A stretch of DNA of 64,000 nucleotides from Vulcanimicrobiota bacterium (GCA_963833095.1 CAWHWQ010000001.1:704001-768000); one strand, 5' to 3'; positions 1 to 10,473 are shown, numbered from the stretch's first letter. The notes: generated by a model from the sequence alone, not told the origin. Made by a program: numbers and translations.

Positions 1-1647
1 GTGCGGCGGCAAGCCGGTTTCAGCGAGGATATCGCGAATCGTGTCCGCCAAATCTACTTCGCCGAAATCGCGCGCAGAAAGGTTGACCGCCATGCGGAAC
101 TGCGGGTGCCCAAGCGATCGAATGCGCGCAGCTTCGCGGCAGGCTTCATGCAGCACCCAACGCGAGATGGGGACTATCAATCCCGTCTCCTCGGCGATGG
201 CAATGAATTCTTCCGGCATGATTTCGCCGTGCTTCGAGTGCTGCCAGCGCAGCAATGCCTCGGCACCGACCAACTCGGCGCTGACCGCGTCGACGATAGG
301 CTGGTAAAGCAGCTTGAATTCCCCGCGCGGAATCGCGTAGTGAAGATCCTGTTCGAGACGCAGACGATACGAGGCCAGCTCATCGCTGCCCACGTCAAAG
401 AATCCGATGCGCGAGCGGCCGCTGTATTTTGCGCGATACATCGCCGAATCAGCTCGTGAAAGCAGCTCTTCGACGCTCGCGCCATCGTCGGGATACGTAG
501 CGGCGCCGATGCTTGCGCTCACGAACAACTGCCGATCGGCAATGAAAAACGGCTCGGAAAGCGCGAGCTGGATGTCGGCGGTGATCATTGGAACGCTGAT
601 CGTTTGCCCCAGCTCCAACGTAACGATGAACTCGTCTCCGCCGCTGCGGAAAACGCTCGCGCTCGGATCGACGGCGCGGCGCAAACGCACCGCAAACTGG
701 CACAACAGATCGTCACCGGCCCGATGACCCAGTGTATCGTTGATTGTCTTGAAGCGGTCCAGGTCGACGAAGAGCACCCCGAGACGCTTGTCGTGCTCTT
801 CAGCGTGAGCAACGAGTTCGCTCATCTGCTCCTCTAGCGCGAAGCGGTTGGGCAGTTGGGTGAGAGCGTCTAGGCGGGCGAGGCGCGCGAGATGATCGGC
901 GGTCTCCTTCATCTCCGTGATGTCCAGCGCGACGCCGATAGCACCGATGATCTGCCCGTTCGTTCCGCGCAGCGGCTCGACGTGATGCTGCATCCAGCGC
1001 CCGCTGTGAAAAGATTCGAAGCGCTGCGAATCACCACTAAAAACCCGTCGAATCTGGTCGACTTGGGTCTCACCGAGCTCCTTTTGCGTGAAACTCTGTG
1101 CCGAAGGCGCCGTTCCGACGAACGATGTGAAGCGCATATCGAGATCGACCGTCCACACCAACGCGGGAACCTGCTCAAGCAAGAGACGCAGGCGCCGTTC
1201 TGAATCGCGCAGGGCGATTTCCGCGCGCTTGCGGTCGCTGACGTCGCGAAGAGACACGAGCACTTCGTGCACCGCGGGCTGAATGCGAACCTCGACCCAC
1301 ATGTTGCTGGCCGGGAAGAATTGTGTGCGCTCGATCGGCATGCCGCTCTCACGCACGCGCCGCATCTCAGGTAAAAGGTCCGACGCGAGCGGATCCAGGA
1401 TCTTGTCGATGCGGCGACCTACCAGGTCTGCCGCCGTTTCGTGAAGCAGATCCTCGGCCTTTTCGTTGACGTGCGTGAATCGCCAACGATCGTCAACAAT
1501 GAAAATTCCGTCTTGAACGCTTTCAAGTACGCTGTAGCGCCGCTCGTCGAAACGACGGGTCGCATGCTTTCGGACGTAGACCAGAATGACGACCGCCGCA
1601 ATGCCGATCGCGAGAATCGCGAGCAGAACGGCAAGCGCCACGATCAC
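1..1647 (-). CDS. Membrane-anchored PAS-GGDEF-EAL diguanylate cyclase/phosphodiesterase (3' end runs off window)
   Basis: Not in the ORF track; translated by hand. GTG at 1647 overlaps the upstream TGA. N-terminal TM helix (IVALAVLLAILAIGIAAVVILVYV), PAS (LESVQDGIFIVDDRWRFTHVN), DALTQLPNR, FRSGGDEF (~628-651), LYQPIVD..GAEALLRWQH. Confidence 0.9.
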   Translation of the reverse strand, partial: MIVALAVLLAILAIGIAAVVILVYVRKHATRRFDERRYSVLESVQDGIFIVDDRWRFTHVNEKAEDLLHETAADLVGRRIDKILDPLASDLLPEMRRVRESGMPIERTQFFPASNMWVEVRIQPAVHEVLVSLRDVSDRKRAEIALRDSERRLRLLLEQVPALVWTVDLDMRFTSFVGTAPSAQSFTQKELGETQVDQIRRVFSGDSQRFESFHSGRWMQHHVEPLRGTNGQIIGAIGVALDITEMKETADHLARLARLDALTQLPNRFALEEQMSELVAHAEEHDKRLGVLFVDLDRFKTINDTLGHRAGDDLLCQFAVRLRRAVDPSASVFRSGGDEFIVTLELGQTISVPMITADIQLALSEPFFIADRQLFVSASIGAATYPDDGASVEELLSRADSAMYRAKYSGRSRIGFFDVGSDELASYRLRLEQDLHYAIPRGEFKLLYQPIVDAVSAELVGAEALLRWQHSKHGEIMPEEFIAIAEETGLIVPISRWVLHEACREAARIRSLGHPQFRMAVNLSARDFGEVDLADTIRDILAETGLPPH

Positions 1648-3170
1648 AACACGCCGCGCTCCTCGAGCTTGTCGCGCAGATCGTTGCGCGAACCGACGTT
1701 AAACAGGTTGTACAAGGTTTGCACTTCCCGTTTGATCGTGAATTCACTACGGCTGAATCGGCGTGACAGCTGCTTCGTATCCAGACCTTCGCAAACGGAG
1801 AGAGCAAGTTGCCGCTGCATCGGCGTCAACCCTTCGATCCACGGGGTCGCTTGGCGCGAAATTCGCTCGGTCATGAATTTGTAGAAGGCGCTCTTCGGGA
1901 ACGCACCGGCATGCGTGCGGGCACGCTCGATCCACACCGCCGCGCCGGTGATCTCGGCCAAGCCTTGCGCCGCCAATGCGGCGCGGAAGTGATGCTCGGC
2001 TTCATCGAAGATCTTGTACGCAACTTCGAAGGCCGTGATCGCGCTCTCGCGATTTCCTAGAACTTGATTCACGCAGCCCGAGGCATACTGCGCGTAGCCG
2101 GCCGTGCGCAGATCATGCGCATGCGACAGGGTGGGGTCGACGCTATCCTTGCCCATGCGCGTGTAACTCGAGACATAGCGCTGTGCTTGACCCATGTCAA
2201 CGGGGGCGAAGAGCACGGCGAGCGTCACCAAAGCCTGGCGCTCTTCGCCGGTGGTTGCAGCCCACTCCAGGTCACGCGCGATAGCTTGGGCCTGCATGAG
2301 TTCGTCGCGTGCCCAAGGTTCGTTGCGATTCATGCGCGCGACATAGGCGCGGTCGACGTGCGACATCACCCGCCACGCGTCCGTGGGTGCAACTTCCTTC
2401 GAATCCCGGAAGAGCCACTGCGCGCGAGCCGAGTCTCCCCGCATGAAAGCGTCCCACGCCATCGCGCGTAGGCTGAGGAACTGCTCCTCGGCAAGTTCCG
2501 CCGGCCAGGCTAGCGATTCATAAAGGTTACGCGCGTCGTCGGCTGCCTCATTGTCGCCAAGCTCCGCAGCGACGCGTATTAGGGCGTGCACGGCGCGCGC
2601 AGTCGAGAAGTACTCGACAACTGTCGGATACTCGCGAGCGAGCGCGAGAGCAGCCCGCAGGTCCGTGATCTGCGCGTGATAGTTTCCTTGACCGGCATGC
2701 GCCCACGCGCGCCAGATGAGCGTGAGCATCCGCGAGCCCGGATCGGGGTGCGCGAGCGCGACGGCAAAATTCGGGTCGTTCGGGTCGAAAGCGCCTTGCA
2801 TGGTGCGCAGACGTGCGCGCTGGTGTGCGATGGTGGCGAGAAGCGATGGGTCGTTCTCAGCGACACTCTCCGCATGCGTAAACATTTCGGCTGCGCCGTC
2901 AAAGTTGCGTGTGCCCGCGTAGGCGCGCCCGGATAAAACGTAATATTGGAAGCGCGTCTCGCCGCTCTTGAGGACGTCACTCGAGCGAGCCAAGGCTTCG
3001 AGCGCGTCGACGGGATCGCGATAGGTCAGGATTTCGGCGCGCAACAGATGGGCGCGCTCGTGCTGCGGCGAGGGCCAACCTTCGAACCCGCCGAGGCACG
3101 CGAGGGCTGCTTCGTACCGTCCGGTACGAAGCAGTTCGCGCGCCTCGTCTAGTTGCTGCTGCTGTGCCAT
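1644..3170 (-). CDS. TPR-like helical repeat protein with C-terminal LuxR-type HTH
   Basis: 508 aa, Ala-rich helical repeats; C-terminal LTPMQRQLALSVCEGLDTKQLSRRFSRSEFTIKREVQTLY resembles a LuxR HTH. Confidence 0.8.
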   Translation of the reverse strand: MAQQQQLDEARELLRTGRYEAALACLGGFEGWPSPQHERAHLLRAEILTYRDPVDALEALARSSDVLKSGETRFQYYVLSGRAYAGTRNFDGAAEMFTHAESVAENDPSLLATIAHQRARLRTMQGAFDPNDPNFAVALAHPDPGSRMLTLIWRAWAHAGQGNYHAQITDLRAALALAREYPTVVEYFSTARAVHALIRVAAELGDNEAADDARNLYESLAWPAELAEEQFLSLRAMAWDAFMRGDSARAQWLFRDSKEVAPTDAWRVMSHVDRAYVARMNRNEPWARDELMQAQAIARDLEWAATTGEERQALVTLAVLFAPVDMGQAQRYVSSYTRMGKDSVDPTLSHAHDLRTAGYAQYASGCVNQVLGNRESAITAFEVAYKIFDEAEHHFRAALAAQGLAEITGAAVWIERARTHAGAFPKSAFYKFMTERISRQATPWIEGLTPMQRQLALSVCEGLDTKQLSRRFSRSEFTIKREVQTLYNLFNVGSRNDLRDKLEERGVL

Positions 3171-3180
3171 TGCGGATCGC

Positions 3181-4236
3181 TTAGTCGTTCAGCGTTCCGG
3201 CTTGGGTGATCTGCCCGACCGTGGCAGTCACGGATGGTCCCTGGAAGGACGCGCCCTGCGACGCGTCGGCACCGGAAGCGACGATGTTCTGTCCGCTTGC
3301 CGTGGTGTAGTTGTTGTAGATGACGAGCTGGTACGTACCAGCGTTGATCGCGTGCAGGTCGTAGTTGCCGTTTGCATCCGTATTGATAGTGTTGGCAACG
3401 TGGCCTTGCGCGTTGAGCGCGACGACGACCGCGTTTTGGACCGGCTGCCCTGCCGCGTTCACGATCGTGCCTTGGACTTCACCTGCGTTGGCCGTCGCGA
3501 CGGCGAAGAGCGCCGGCTGGGCAACGATCTGACCAGAGCTGCTCTGGTTGAGCGATTCGAGGGCGTTGAAGTCGGCCATCACCGCTGCGGCTGGATTGCC
3601 GCCGATCATGAACTGTCCGCCAACCGTCATCGTAACCGTCGTCGAATTTCCGGTCGTGGTCGTCCACTTTCCGGCGCCGGCACTACTTTGCGTGGATGCG
3701 CCGACCTGGAATTGAATCGGCATCGTGGTGCCGTTCGCGACGATGTTGCTCGTCGCGGTGTCGACCACGAACTGAACGTGATCGTAGTTGCCCGAGTAGA
3801 GCTGACCGATCCCGATCGACGATGGTTCGCCGCCGTTCGCCATGACATTCACGACGTAGGGCGTCGAGTAGGTGGCGATGGTCGTCACTTGGCCTTGATA
3901 GACCACGTTGACCGCGTCGATGCCGAGGTTGACCGACGTCACATTGAGGTTGCCGATCACCGGCGACGCGTCGCCGAGCAAAAGGCCGAAGACAAGGCCC
4001 AGCAGCATGCCGCCGCCGCCCGTCACATCGTTGGCATGCTTCGACGTCTTCGCTATGGTGGAAGCGGACGGCAACCACCCAGAAGTAGTCTTGGTCGCGG
4101 TCGCGGGCGAGCTCGAGCTTGAGCCCGATGCCGCTGCCGACGACAGCGCCGGCAGAGACGAGCCCGCCGAGCCGGAACATCCGGCCAGGTAGGTGATCAG
4201 CACGAGTACCGCGCCGATCGAAGAGATACGTTTCAC
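3181..4236 (-). CDS. Lipoprotein, DUF4382-like domain plus carboxypeptidase-regulatory-like beta-sandwich
   Basis: GTG 4236 after AGGAGG; lipobox LAGC; LGDASP..VNLGIDAV..GNYDHVQF..ADFNALES; C-terminal GEVQGTIVNAAGQPVQNAVV..TDANGNY. Confidence 0.7.
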   Translation of the reverse strand: MKRISSIGAVLVLITYLAGCSGSAGSSLPALSSAAASGSSSSSPATATKTTSGWLPSASTIAKTSKHANDVTGGGGMLLGLVFGLLLGDASPVIGNLNVTSVNLGIDAVNVVYQGQVTTIATYSTPYVVNVMANGGEPSSIGIGQLYSGNYDHVQFVVDTATSNIVANGTTMPIQFQVGASTQSSAGAGKWTTTTGNSTTVTMTVGGQFMIGGNPAAAVMADFNALESLNQSSSGQIVAQPALFAVATANAGEVQGTIVNAAGQPVQNAVVVALNAQGHVANTINTDANGNYDLHAINAGTYQLVIYNNYTTASGQNIVASGADASQGASFQGPSVTATVGQITQAGTLND

Positions 4237-4583
4237 GAGGAATGGCCTCCTAACAGCAGCAAGGGACGCGGCTCTTACAGAGCCCCGCCACACCCTCACC
4301 ACAATTATGGTGCAAGAGCGTGTTCATAGGTTGATCAAGTCGGCGTAAAGCGCATAGTTTGTGTTTGCGCAGCGTCAAGCGGATGTAAAGACCGCTTTAC
4401 GGACGCGACCGGTAGGACAAGTGGACCATTCGAATCCGCGCCTCTCGGCGCGGACACGCGATCGCCCTTAGGGCTGATCGACGGCCGAGCAAGCAACGGC
4501 TCGGCGTGAGCGCGTATGTTACGATGGCCCGAGTATCCCGAGTATACGGAAGCCCCCTTGGGCTAAGTACGCAGGAGGCGAAT

Positions 4584-6827
4584 GTGCGTTCGCGCTTTCT
4601 TCTTGCCATCGGCGCGGGCTTTGCGCTCTGCGCATGCGCCGGCGTTCAGTCGTTTGCGCCTACGTCCGGTGCGCAGTCATCATTTCTACTAACGCCCGCA
4701 TCAGTGGACCTCACCCCTAGCGCGCCATCCGACACCTTCAACGGTCAAGGCGACGTTGCAGGAGTCACCTACACGCCGGTGGCCTCGTCCGAATGTGCGG
4801 CGGCCGGCGGCAGCCTCGTCGTGAGCGGCAATGGCGTTGCGCAGCTCGACGTTGCGGGCGCTCCCTTAATATTTACCGTCAACGCCGTGGGTGCGGCGCC
4901 ACCGCCGACCTGTACCGTCACGGTATCGGGCTCCGACGGGACCTCCGCCTCGGTCGCCGTGACCTACGACAACTCGCCGGTCACCGATCTTCCCGACGCA
5001 CGCAATCGGATTTACGCGGCGCCGTCTGTTACACCAAGCGCTTTGAGCTTTACCTCGGTGGCTTCGGTACAAGAGGTTGCGGTCTCCGGATTCTCCGGCG
5101 TGACAAAAACAAGCGTAACGTGCCATGTGAAATCGAGTGGCGTGCAGGTGTCGCCCACGCAGGTCACCGGCCCAGGCACATTCACGGTAATTCCCTTCGG
5201 TCAGGGAGGTGTCTCGAACAACTGCGGGATCGCCATCACCGACGCGCAGGGCGATCAGGGCACAATCGCCGTCGCGCTTTCGATTGGAGCTCTCGCAAAG
5301 CTCACGGCTGCCCCGCGTCAGTTGGAGTTTGCGTGCGCCGGTTCAGCCGCGCCGTACAACTGTCAAAGCATGCAGGCCGTCGCGATCGCGGAGAATGGAA
5401 CGCACACCTACAGCATTGTCACACGGCCAACCCTCAAGGGATCGTGCGCAAACGTCTTCTACGGCCCCCTTACGATGACGACCGACGGCACGACCTATGC
5501 GCAAAGCCTCACCGGATCGGCGCTATCACTCACCTTCGCGGGCTTGCTTAAGACGGCGCCTCCCCCGACTTGCTCCCAAATCGTCATCACCGATGGCGGT
5601 ACACCCGCGCAACGCGCGCAAATCGGCGTCGTTTCAGCCGCCGCGGCTCCGCCCTCCTCCTTGAGCGCAGCGACGCCGCCGCCGTGCACCGGAACCGATC
5701 ATCGGGTTGCCGACCCGACCGCCCCGCACGGTATGTACGTATGGAATCCGTACAAAGTCAACGGCGGCGCGTATGAGCCTTACCTGGAGCAGTACGTGAT
5801 CGGCAAAGATCCCAATCTCTGCGGCGTCAGCATTCTCGTGGGTTGGGCCGACGTTGAGAAAACCAAGGGCAACTTCGATTGGAGTCAGGTCCTTACGTGG
5901 GCGCAGCCCTACGTGAACGCGGGCCTCAGCGTTAACTTGCTCTTCGCGGACGCGTCGGAAGTCGGAACGTCAAACTCGGCAACACCGAAGTGGGTCACCG
6001 ATCCCAGTGGTGATGGCGTCGCCGTCATCACTTGCGACGCCAGCGCAAGTTCTAGCCAACAGGTTCCCTATCCCAACTACATCGATGCGACCTTCGAAAA
6101 AGACTACGAGGCGTTCATCGCCGCGGCGGTAGCCGAGTTCACGCAACCGGCTTCAGCGGGCGGCTCATCGATCACCTCATCCATCGGCTACATGCGATTC
6201 GGTATCGGGGCGGGCGTCGAGGCCTATCCCGGGCACTTCAGCAATTATCCGAATGACACGTGCAGTAAAGCGTTCATCGCGCAAGGCTACTCGTTCCCCG
6301 CGTGGGTTACGCACACGCGCCATATCGTTAACTACATGGGCTCGCTGAATGCAAACGGCAAGCAATTGATGATTGCGCTCAACGAGATCGCCGGATATCC
6401 CAACAGCTTCTACGACTATCCAAACGACGGCGCCGAGGTCGCGGCGAATAATTCCATTGGGTTTGGCACCGAGAACCTCGGTATCGGTCACGTTGCCGAT
6501 GCAGGAACGTCGCCTGCACCATGCAACCCGCAGGGCACCGACGGCAGTATCTATTGGTGCGAAGCCTTCGGCCGTCACGTGGGTACGGTCCCGTTTGAAT
6601 TCCAGCCGATCGAAGCGGTTGCCGTGCCGCTGCCGAGCTACAACATCAGCTTTCCCAACTTGCTCCAGTTCGCGCTTGACAACAACACGCAACTGTTCGA
6701 AATCTATCCGGAGGATTGGCTGGAAGCCGATTCGCCCACGCAGATGTTCCCAGGCGGCGGCGCCGACAGCGCCACGTGGAAATCTGCCTTCAATGCCACC
6801 GCGCTGATCGTAGGAGCGAAGCATTAA
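4584..6827 (+). CDS. Large secreted lipoprotein, Ig-like N-terminal domains plus putative clan-A-like glycoside hydrolase domain
   Basis: GTG 4584 after AGGAGG; signal peptide/lipobox (ALCAC); GVSILVGWADVEKTKGNFDWS and TPKWV resemble GH42/GH35-type TIM barrels. Confidence 0.6.
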   Translation: MRSRFLLAIGAGFALCACAGVQSFAPTSGAQSSFLLTPASVDLTPSAPSDTFNGQGDVAGVTYTPVASSECAAAGGSLVVSGNGVAQLDVAGAPLIFTVNAVGAAPPPTCTVTVSGSDGTSASVAVTYDNSPVTDLPDARNRIYAAPSVTPSALSFTSVASVQEVAVSGFSGVTKTSVTCHVKSSGVQVSPTQVTGPGTFTVIPFGQGGVSNNCGIAITDAQGDQGTIAVALSIGALAKLTAAPRQLEFACAGSAAPYNCQSMQAVAIAENGTHTYSIVTRPTLKGSCANVFYGPLTMTTDGTTYAQSLTGSALSLTFAGLLKTAPPPTCSQIVITDGGTPAQRAQIGVVSAAAAPPSSLSAATPPPCTGTDHRVADPTAPHGMYVWNPYKVNGGAYEPYLEQYVIGKDPNLCGVSILVGWADVEKTKGNFDWSQVLTWAQPYVNAGLSVNLLFADASEVGTSNSATPKWVTDPSGDGVAVITCDASASSSQQVPYPNYIDATFEKDYEAFIAAAVAEFTQPASAGGSSITSSIGYMRFGIGAGVEAYPGHFSNYPNDTCSKAFIAQGYSFPAWVTHTRHIVNYMGSLNANGKQLMIALNEIAGYPNSFYDYPNDGAEVAANNSIGFGTENLGIGHVADAGTSPAPCNPQGTDGSIYWCEAFGRHVGTVPFEFQPIEAVAVPLPSYNISFPNLLQFALDNNTQLFEIYPEDWLEADSPTQMFPGGGADSATWKSAFNATALIVGAKH

Positions 6828-8011
6828 TGCGCACGAAAATTCTCGGAGCACTCCTCGGCTGTATCGCGATTGCAGCGTGCGGCGGCGGAAGTCTGGCCCC
6901 TGCCAACCCGTCTCCCGGCGCGACCGCGCCCGGGACCGTCACGGTGTCGCCGCCGAAAATCCCACTGCGCGGGCTGCTCGACATGCAAGACATCTCGTGG
7001 CACGACACCGACAATGCGACACCGCCGCCGTTCGACATCTCCTACGTTCAGGGGTTTCCCGGATCGTTCGGCGGGGTCGTGATCAACGTTGCGTGGAGTC
7101 AGATGCAGTCGAGTGCGAATGCAACCATCAACACCTCGGTGATCGACACGGCGCTCGCGAGTATCACCTCCTACAATACTACGAATCAATCTTCGCCGTT
7201 GGGCGTCAAGCTGCGCATTTACGCCGGTAGCAACGCCCCACTCTGGGCCAAGGACATGCCCGGCGGCCCGATCACCATCTACCGCAATCCCGCCGGCTGC
7301 AATGGACAAACCGATACCTGCCCGCTCACCGTCGGACCGTATTGGACGACGCCCTACATCACGGCGTGGCGCGCGTTTCAAGCGCAAGTCGCTGCGAAGT
7401 ACGATACCAATCCGCTGATCATCGCCGTCGCGGTGACGTCGTGCGCCGAGCAGACCGACGAACCGTTCGTTTCGTCGACCGGACCGATCAGCAAAGCAAA
7501 CCTGAGAGCTGCCGGCCTCACCGACACCTTGCAGCAGTCGTGCCTCTCCGGCGCAATGACCGACTACGCGGCGTGGACGAACACCGATATCGACTACACG
7601 TTCAATTCGTACAACGAGCTTAGCGGGGGCCTCGACACGGCATTCAGCCAAAGTGTGATGACGATCTGCCGGCAAATGGCTCCAAACCGCTGCGTGCTCG
7701 ACAACCACGCCTTGCAGACGCCGATCACGAGCGACCCGGGAATCTACACTGACATCCAAAGCATGGGCGGCTTGATTAACTTCCAAACGCAGGCGCCTGA
7801 AGGGATGGGCTGCATCTGGCCAGAGACAATCACGCAAGGGCTGATCCTTGGGGCGCGCGCGATCGAACTATGGCCTGAAAAGAAGTATCAGGGATTCGTC
7901 ACGCTCACGGTGCCGGAAGTGCAGGCATTACAAGCTCTCTTCTTTGCGCCGGTTCCCACCTCGACGCCGGTGCCGAATCCGCTGCCCACGCCGTGCAGCG
8001 GTTACAACTAG
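6827..8011 (+). CDS. Secreted lipoprotein, putative glycoside hydrolase-like domain
   Basis: ATG overlaps upstream TAA; lipobox IAAC; GVVINVAWSQMQ, APLWAK, PYWTTPYITAW..AAKYD motifs; Pro/Thr tail. Confidence 0.6.
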   Translation: MRTKILGALLGCIAIAACGGGSLAPANPSPGATAPGTVTVSPPKIPLRGLLDMQDISWHDTDNATPPPFDISYVQGFPGSFGGVVINVAWSQMQSSANATINTSVIDTALASITSYNTTNQSSPLGVKLRIYAGSNAPLWAKDMPGGPITIYRNPAGCNGQTDTCPLTVGPYWTTPYITAWRAFQAQVAAKYDTNPLIIAVAVTSCAEQTDEPFVSSTGPISKANLRAAGLTDTLQQSCLSGAMTDYAAWTNTDIDYTFNSYNELSGGLDTAFSQSVMTICRQMAPNRCVLDNHALQTPITSDPGIYTDIQSMGGLINFQTQAPEGMGCIWPETITQGLILGARAIELWPEKKYQGFVTLTVPEVQALQALFFAPVPTSTPVPNPLPTPCSGYN

Positions 8012-9828
8012 CCGATGAGTTCTTCCAGTTGCGTGTGCAGATTTTCCCATGTGGCGAGAGATTCTGCGTTCTGCGCGGCCACAAACACGCGTTCCGACTC
8101 CAATTCGGCGACGCGCTTGCGATCGTCGTAGGTCTCGGTCAGCGTAAATAGTCGATCGATCTCGACCTTGCGCGCGTCGAGCCGAGCTATCTCGCGTTCG
8201 ATGCTCGCTATCCGCGTTTCGAGCTGTGAACGGATCTTCATGGGGGTCTGGCGTGTCGTTTTCGAACGACCCGTAGATACCGCTCGCGCTTCGAGCGCCA
8301 ACCGCTCACGCTTGGCCTGACTCGCTTCGAAGGCATCATATCCGCCCTCAACCGTACCCCACGCTCCGCCCTCGATCCAGAGTACCCGATCGCATAGACG
8401 GGAGAGCAGATAACGATCGTGCGATACGATGAGGATCGCGCCTTGATAGTCGCCCAGCACGGATTCGAGCGCTTCGCGGCTATCGATATCGAGGTCGTTG
8501 GTCGGTTCGTCCAGGAGCAGGACGTCGGCAGCCTGGGCCATCAGCGACGCAAGCATAATTCGCCGTCGTTCGCCGCCGGAGAATTCTCGCACCGCCTTGT
8601 CGGCAGCCTCGCCGCTGATGCGCATTCGTCCGAGCAGGTTGCGGGCCTTCTCATCGGAGATATCAGCACCCGCGCGCACCGCGTCGACTGCGCTTGCCGC
8701 TGGATCGAGCTGCTCGTGTGAATTCTGCGCAAAATACGCAATCTGCGACGCCGGATTCACGCGAATGGTCCCGCGATCCGCGGCAAGTTCGCCGCTCACA
8801 ATCTTCAACAGCGTAGATTTCCCCGAACCGTTCGGCCCAACGATCGCCAACCGCTCCCCACGCAGCACATCTATTTCAAGATTTTCGAAAAGCGGATGCG
8901 CATACGCTTTTGAGAGTCCGCTCAGCTCCAGCGCAAACGCATTGGCGGCTCGCCGGGTTGACTGCAGATTCACCGCAATAGCGGCCGCCGGCGCTACCGG
9001 TGCGTCAGCCGCAAGTCGCGCTTCGGCGCGCAACAGCTGTTTCTCGCGACTACGTACCTGGCTATAGTCCGATGACGTATGCGTAGCGCGCAGACCCGCA
9101 ATCGTCGCGCGACGCTTCTCGCGCTCAGCAATGAATGCGTCGTACGCTCGGCGCTCGTCGGCATGCCGCGAAGCGCGCTCGGCAACGAATGCGTCGTACG
9201 CGTTGATGGCCGGCGGGTAGACATGAAGTCGCCCGGCTTCGATCTCCCAAATGCGCGTCGCCACCCGATTGAGAAAATAGCGATCGTGAGAAACGATGAG
9301 GTAAGCGCGCTTATCCGATGCGATGTAGGATTCGAGCCAGCGCACCGTCTCGATGTCCAAATGATTGGTTGGCTCGTCGAAGATGCAATAGTCCGGCTGG
9401 TCGATGAGCACGTGTGCGAGCGCGGCTTTTGCGCGCTGGCCGCCCGAAAATTCGCGCAACGGACGCGCAAACGCATCTTCACGGAATCCGAATGTGGCGA
9501 GCATGATCCGCAACGTCTTATTGCGGATGCCGTACGTCTCGGGCGTAGCGCGGGCAAGCGCCGCATCGATGAGTTCTTGCAGCGTCGATTCCGTCTCGTC
9601 CGCGACGCTTTGCGCGAGATAGGCAAACGTAGCGTCGCGCGCGCGGACGACGCTGCCCCCGAACGGTTGGTCAACACCGGCAAGCAAGCGCAAAAGCGAC
9701 GACTTTCCCGCCCCATTGGGGCCGACAAGTCCGACGCGCTCGCCATCCTGCAAGACGCCACTGAGCCCCGCGAAGATTTCGCGCGCGCCATAATGGCAAT
9801 CGAGGTCGGAGAAACGGATGAGGTCCAC
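8008..9828 (-). CDS. ABC-F family ATPase (Uup/EttA-like)
   Basis: Two ABC domains (GPNGAGKS, FSGGQ, DEPTNHLD; GPNGSGKS, FSGGE, DEPTNDLD), no TM segments, C-terminal coiled coil; likely start GTG 9828. Confidence 0.92.
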   Translation of the reverse strand: MDLIRFSDLDCHYGAREIFAGLSGVLQDGERVGLVGPNGAGKSSLLRLLAGVDQPFGGSVVRARDATFAYLAQSVADETESTLQELIDAALARATPETYGIRNKTLRIMLATFGFREDAFARPLREFSGGQRAKAALAHVLIDQPDYCIFDEPTNHLDIETVRWLESYIASDKRAYLIVSHDRYFLNRVATRIWEIEAGRLHVYPPAINAYDAFVAERASRHADERRAYDAFIAEREKRRATIAGLRATHTSSDYSQVRSREKQLLRAEARLAADAPVAPAAAIAVNLQSTRRAANAFALELSGLSKAYAHPLFENLEIDVLRGERLAIVGPNGSGKSTLLKIVSGELAADRGTIRVNPASQIAYFAQNSHEQLDPAASAVDAVRAGADISDEKARNLLGRMRISGEAADKAVREFSGGERRRIMLASLMAQAADVLLLDEPTNDLDIDSREALESVLGDYQGAILIVSHDRYLLSRLCDRVLWIEGGAWGTVEGGYDAFEASQAKRERLALEARAVSTGRSKTTRQTPMKIRSQLETRIASIEREIARLDARKVEIDRLFTLTETYDDRKRVAELESERVFVAAQNAESLATWENLHTQLEELIG

Positions 9829-9939
9829 GGCCGGGTGACGTTCATTGGTGCCGCCTTGCGCTTCCTGCTGCGTCCGCAAACGTTTCGGGATCGAAACAGC
9901 GACCCGCAGGGGAACGCTAGCATTCTCTTGTGATACCGG

Positions 9940-10403
9940 CATGACAGTCGAACTTCCGCAACAACTTCGCCAAAACTACATAAGCTGAAAGTCCCATCGA
10001 ATATGGAGAGCAGGTCGTGTTTGCGAGGCTCGTGAACGGCAAACGGCTAGGATCTCTACAAACTTCGCTCCCGATCCCACGCCTGGAGTATTCGAACTGC
10101 ATTTCAGCCGGGGCTGGGTTGATGAGCCCGGCATTCCGCAACCGCTGCAACTCCCCGAAGATGGGATCCGCGTGCGATTGCTACGCGGGTCACGCGCAAT
10201 CGAACCGACACCCATTCGCGCGCTCGGACGCTCGGGATTCCCGGTTGCTCTCGAGACGTTATGAAGGTTCGCCGAGCGCGCTGTACCGGCTTTCGGACTG
10301 GGACTATGAGGACAGCCCAAGGGAAACCCACTTTGTCCATTTCGGTGCCGACGGCCGCGTGCAAAGCACCGGCACATTCCCGGGGTGGATCGAAAACCCG
10401 TAA
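9940..10403 (+). pseudogene. Possible degraded gene with several frameshifts
   Basis: Protein-like segments alternate between frames: MTVELPQQLRQNYI / AESPIEYGEQVVFARLVNG / NFAPDPTPGVFELHFSRGWVDEPG / YEGSPSALYRLSDWDYED..FPGWIENP. Confidence 0.3.
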
Positions 10404-10473
10404 TTTCCCCTACTTCTAAAGTGCCGGTTCGGCACAGTAGACCCGCACTTCGCTTTCATCTTGGAGGATCGCA

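Noticed and set aside
1..1884. Plus-strand ORFs (1-459, 892-1203, 1441-1884 and others)
   Set aside because: Antisense shadows of the minus-strand GGDEF-EAL gene, which the ORF track missed because it has no stop in the window
9121..9201. 27-nt imperfect direct repeat 54 nt apart
   Set aside because: Encodes AYDAF(V/I)AER twice in the ABC-F linker helix; a coding repeat with only two copies, not CRISPR
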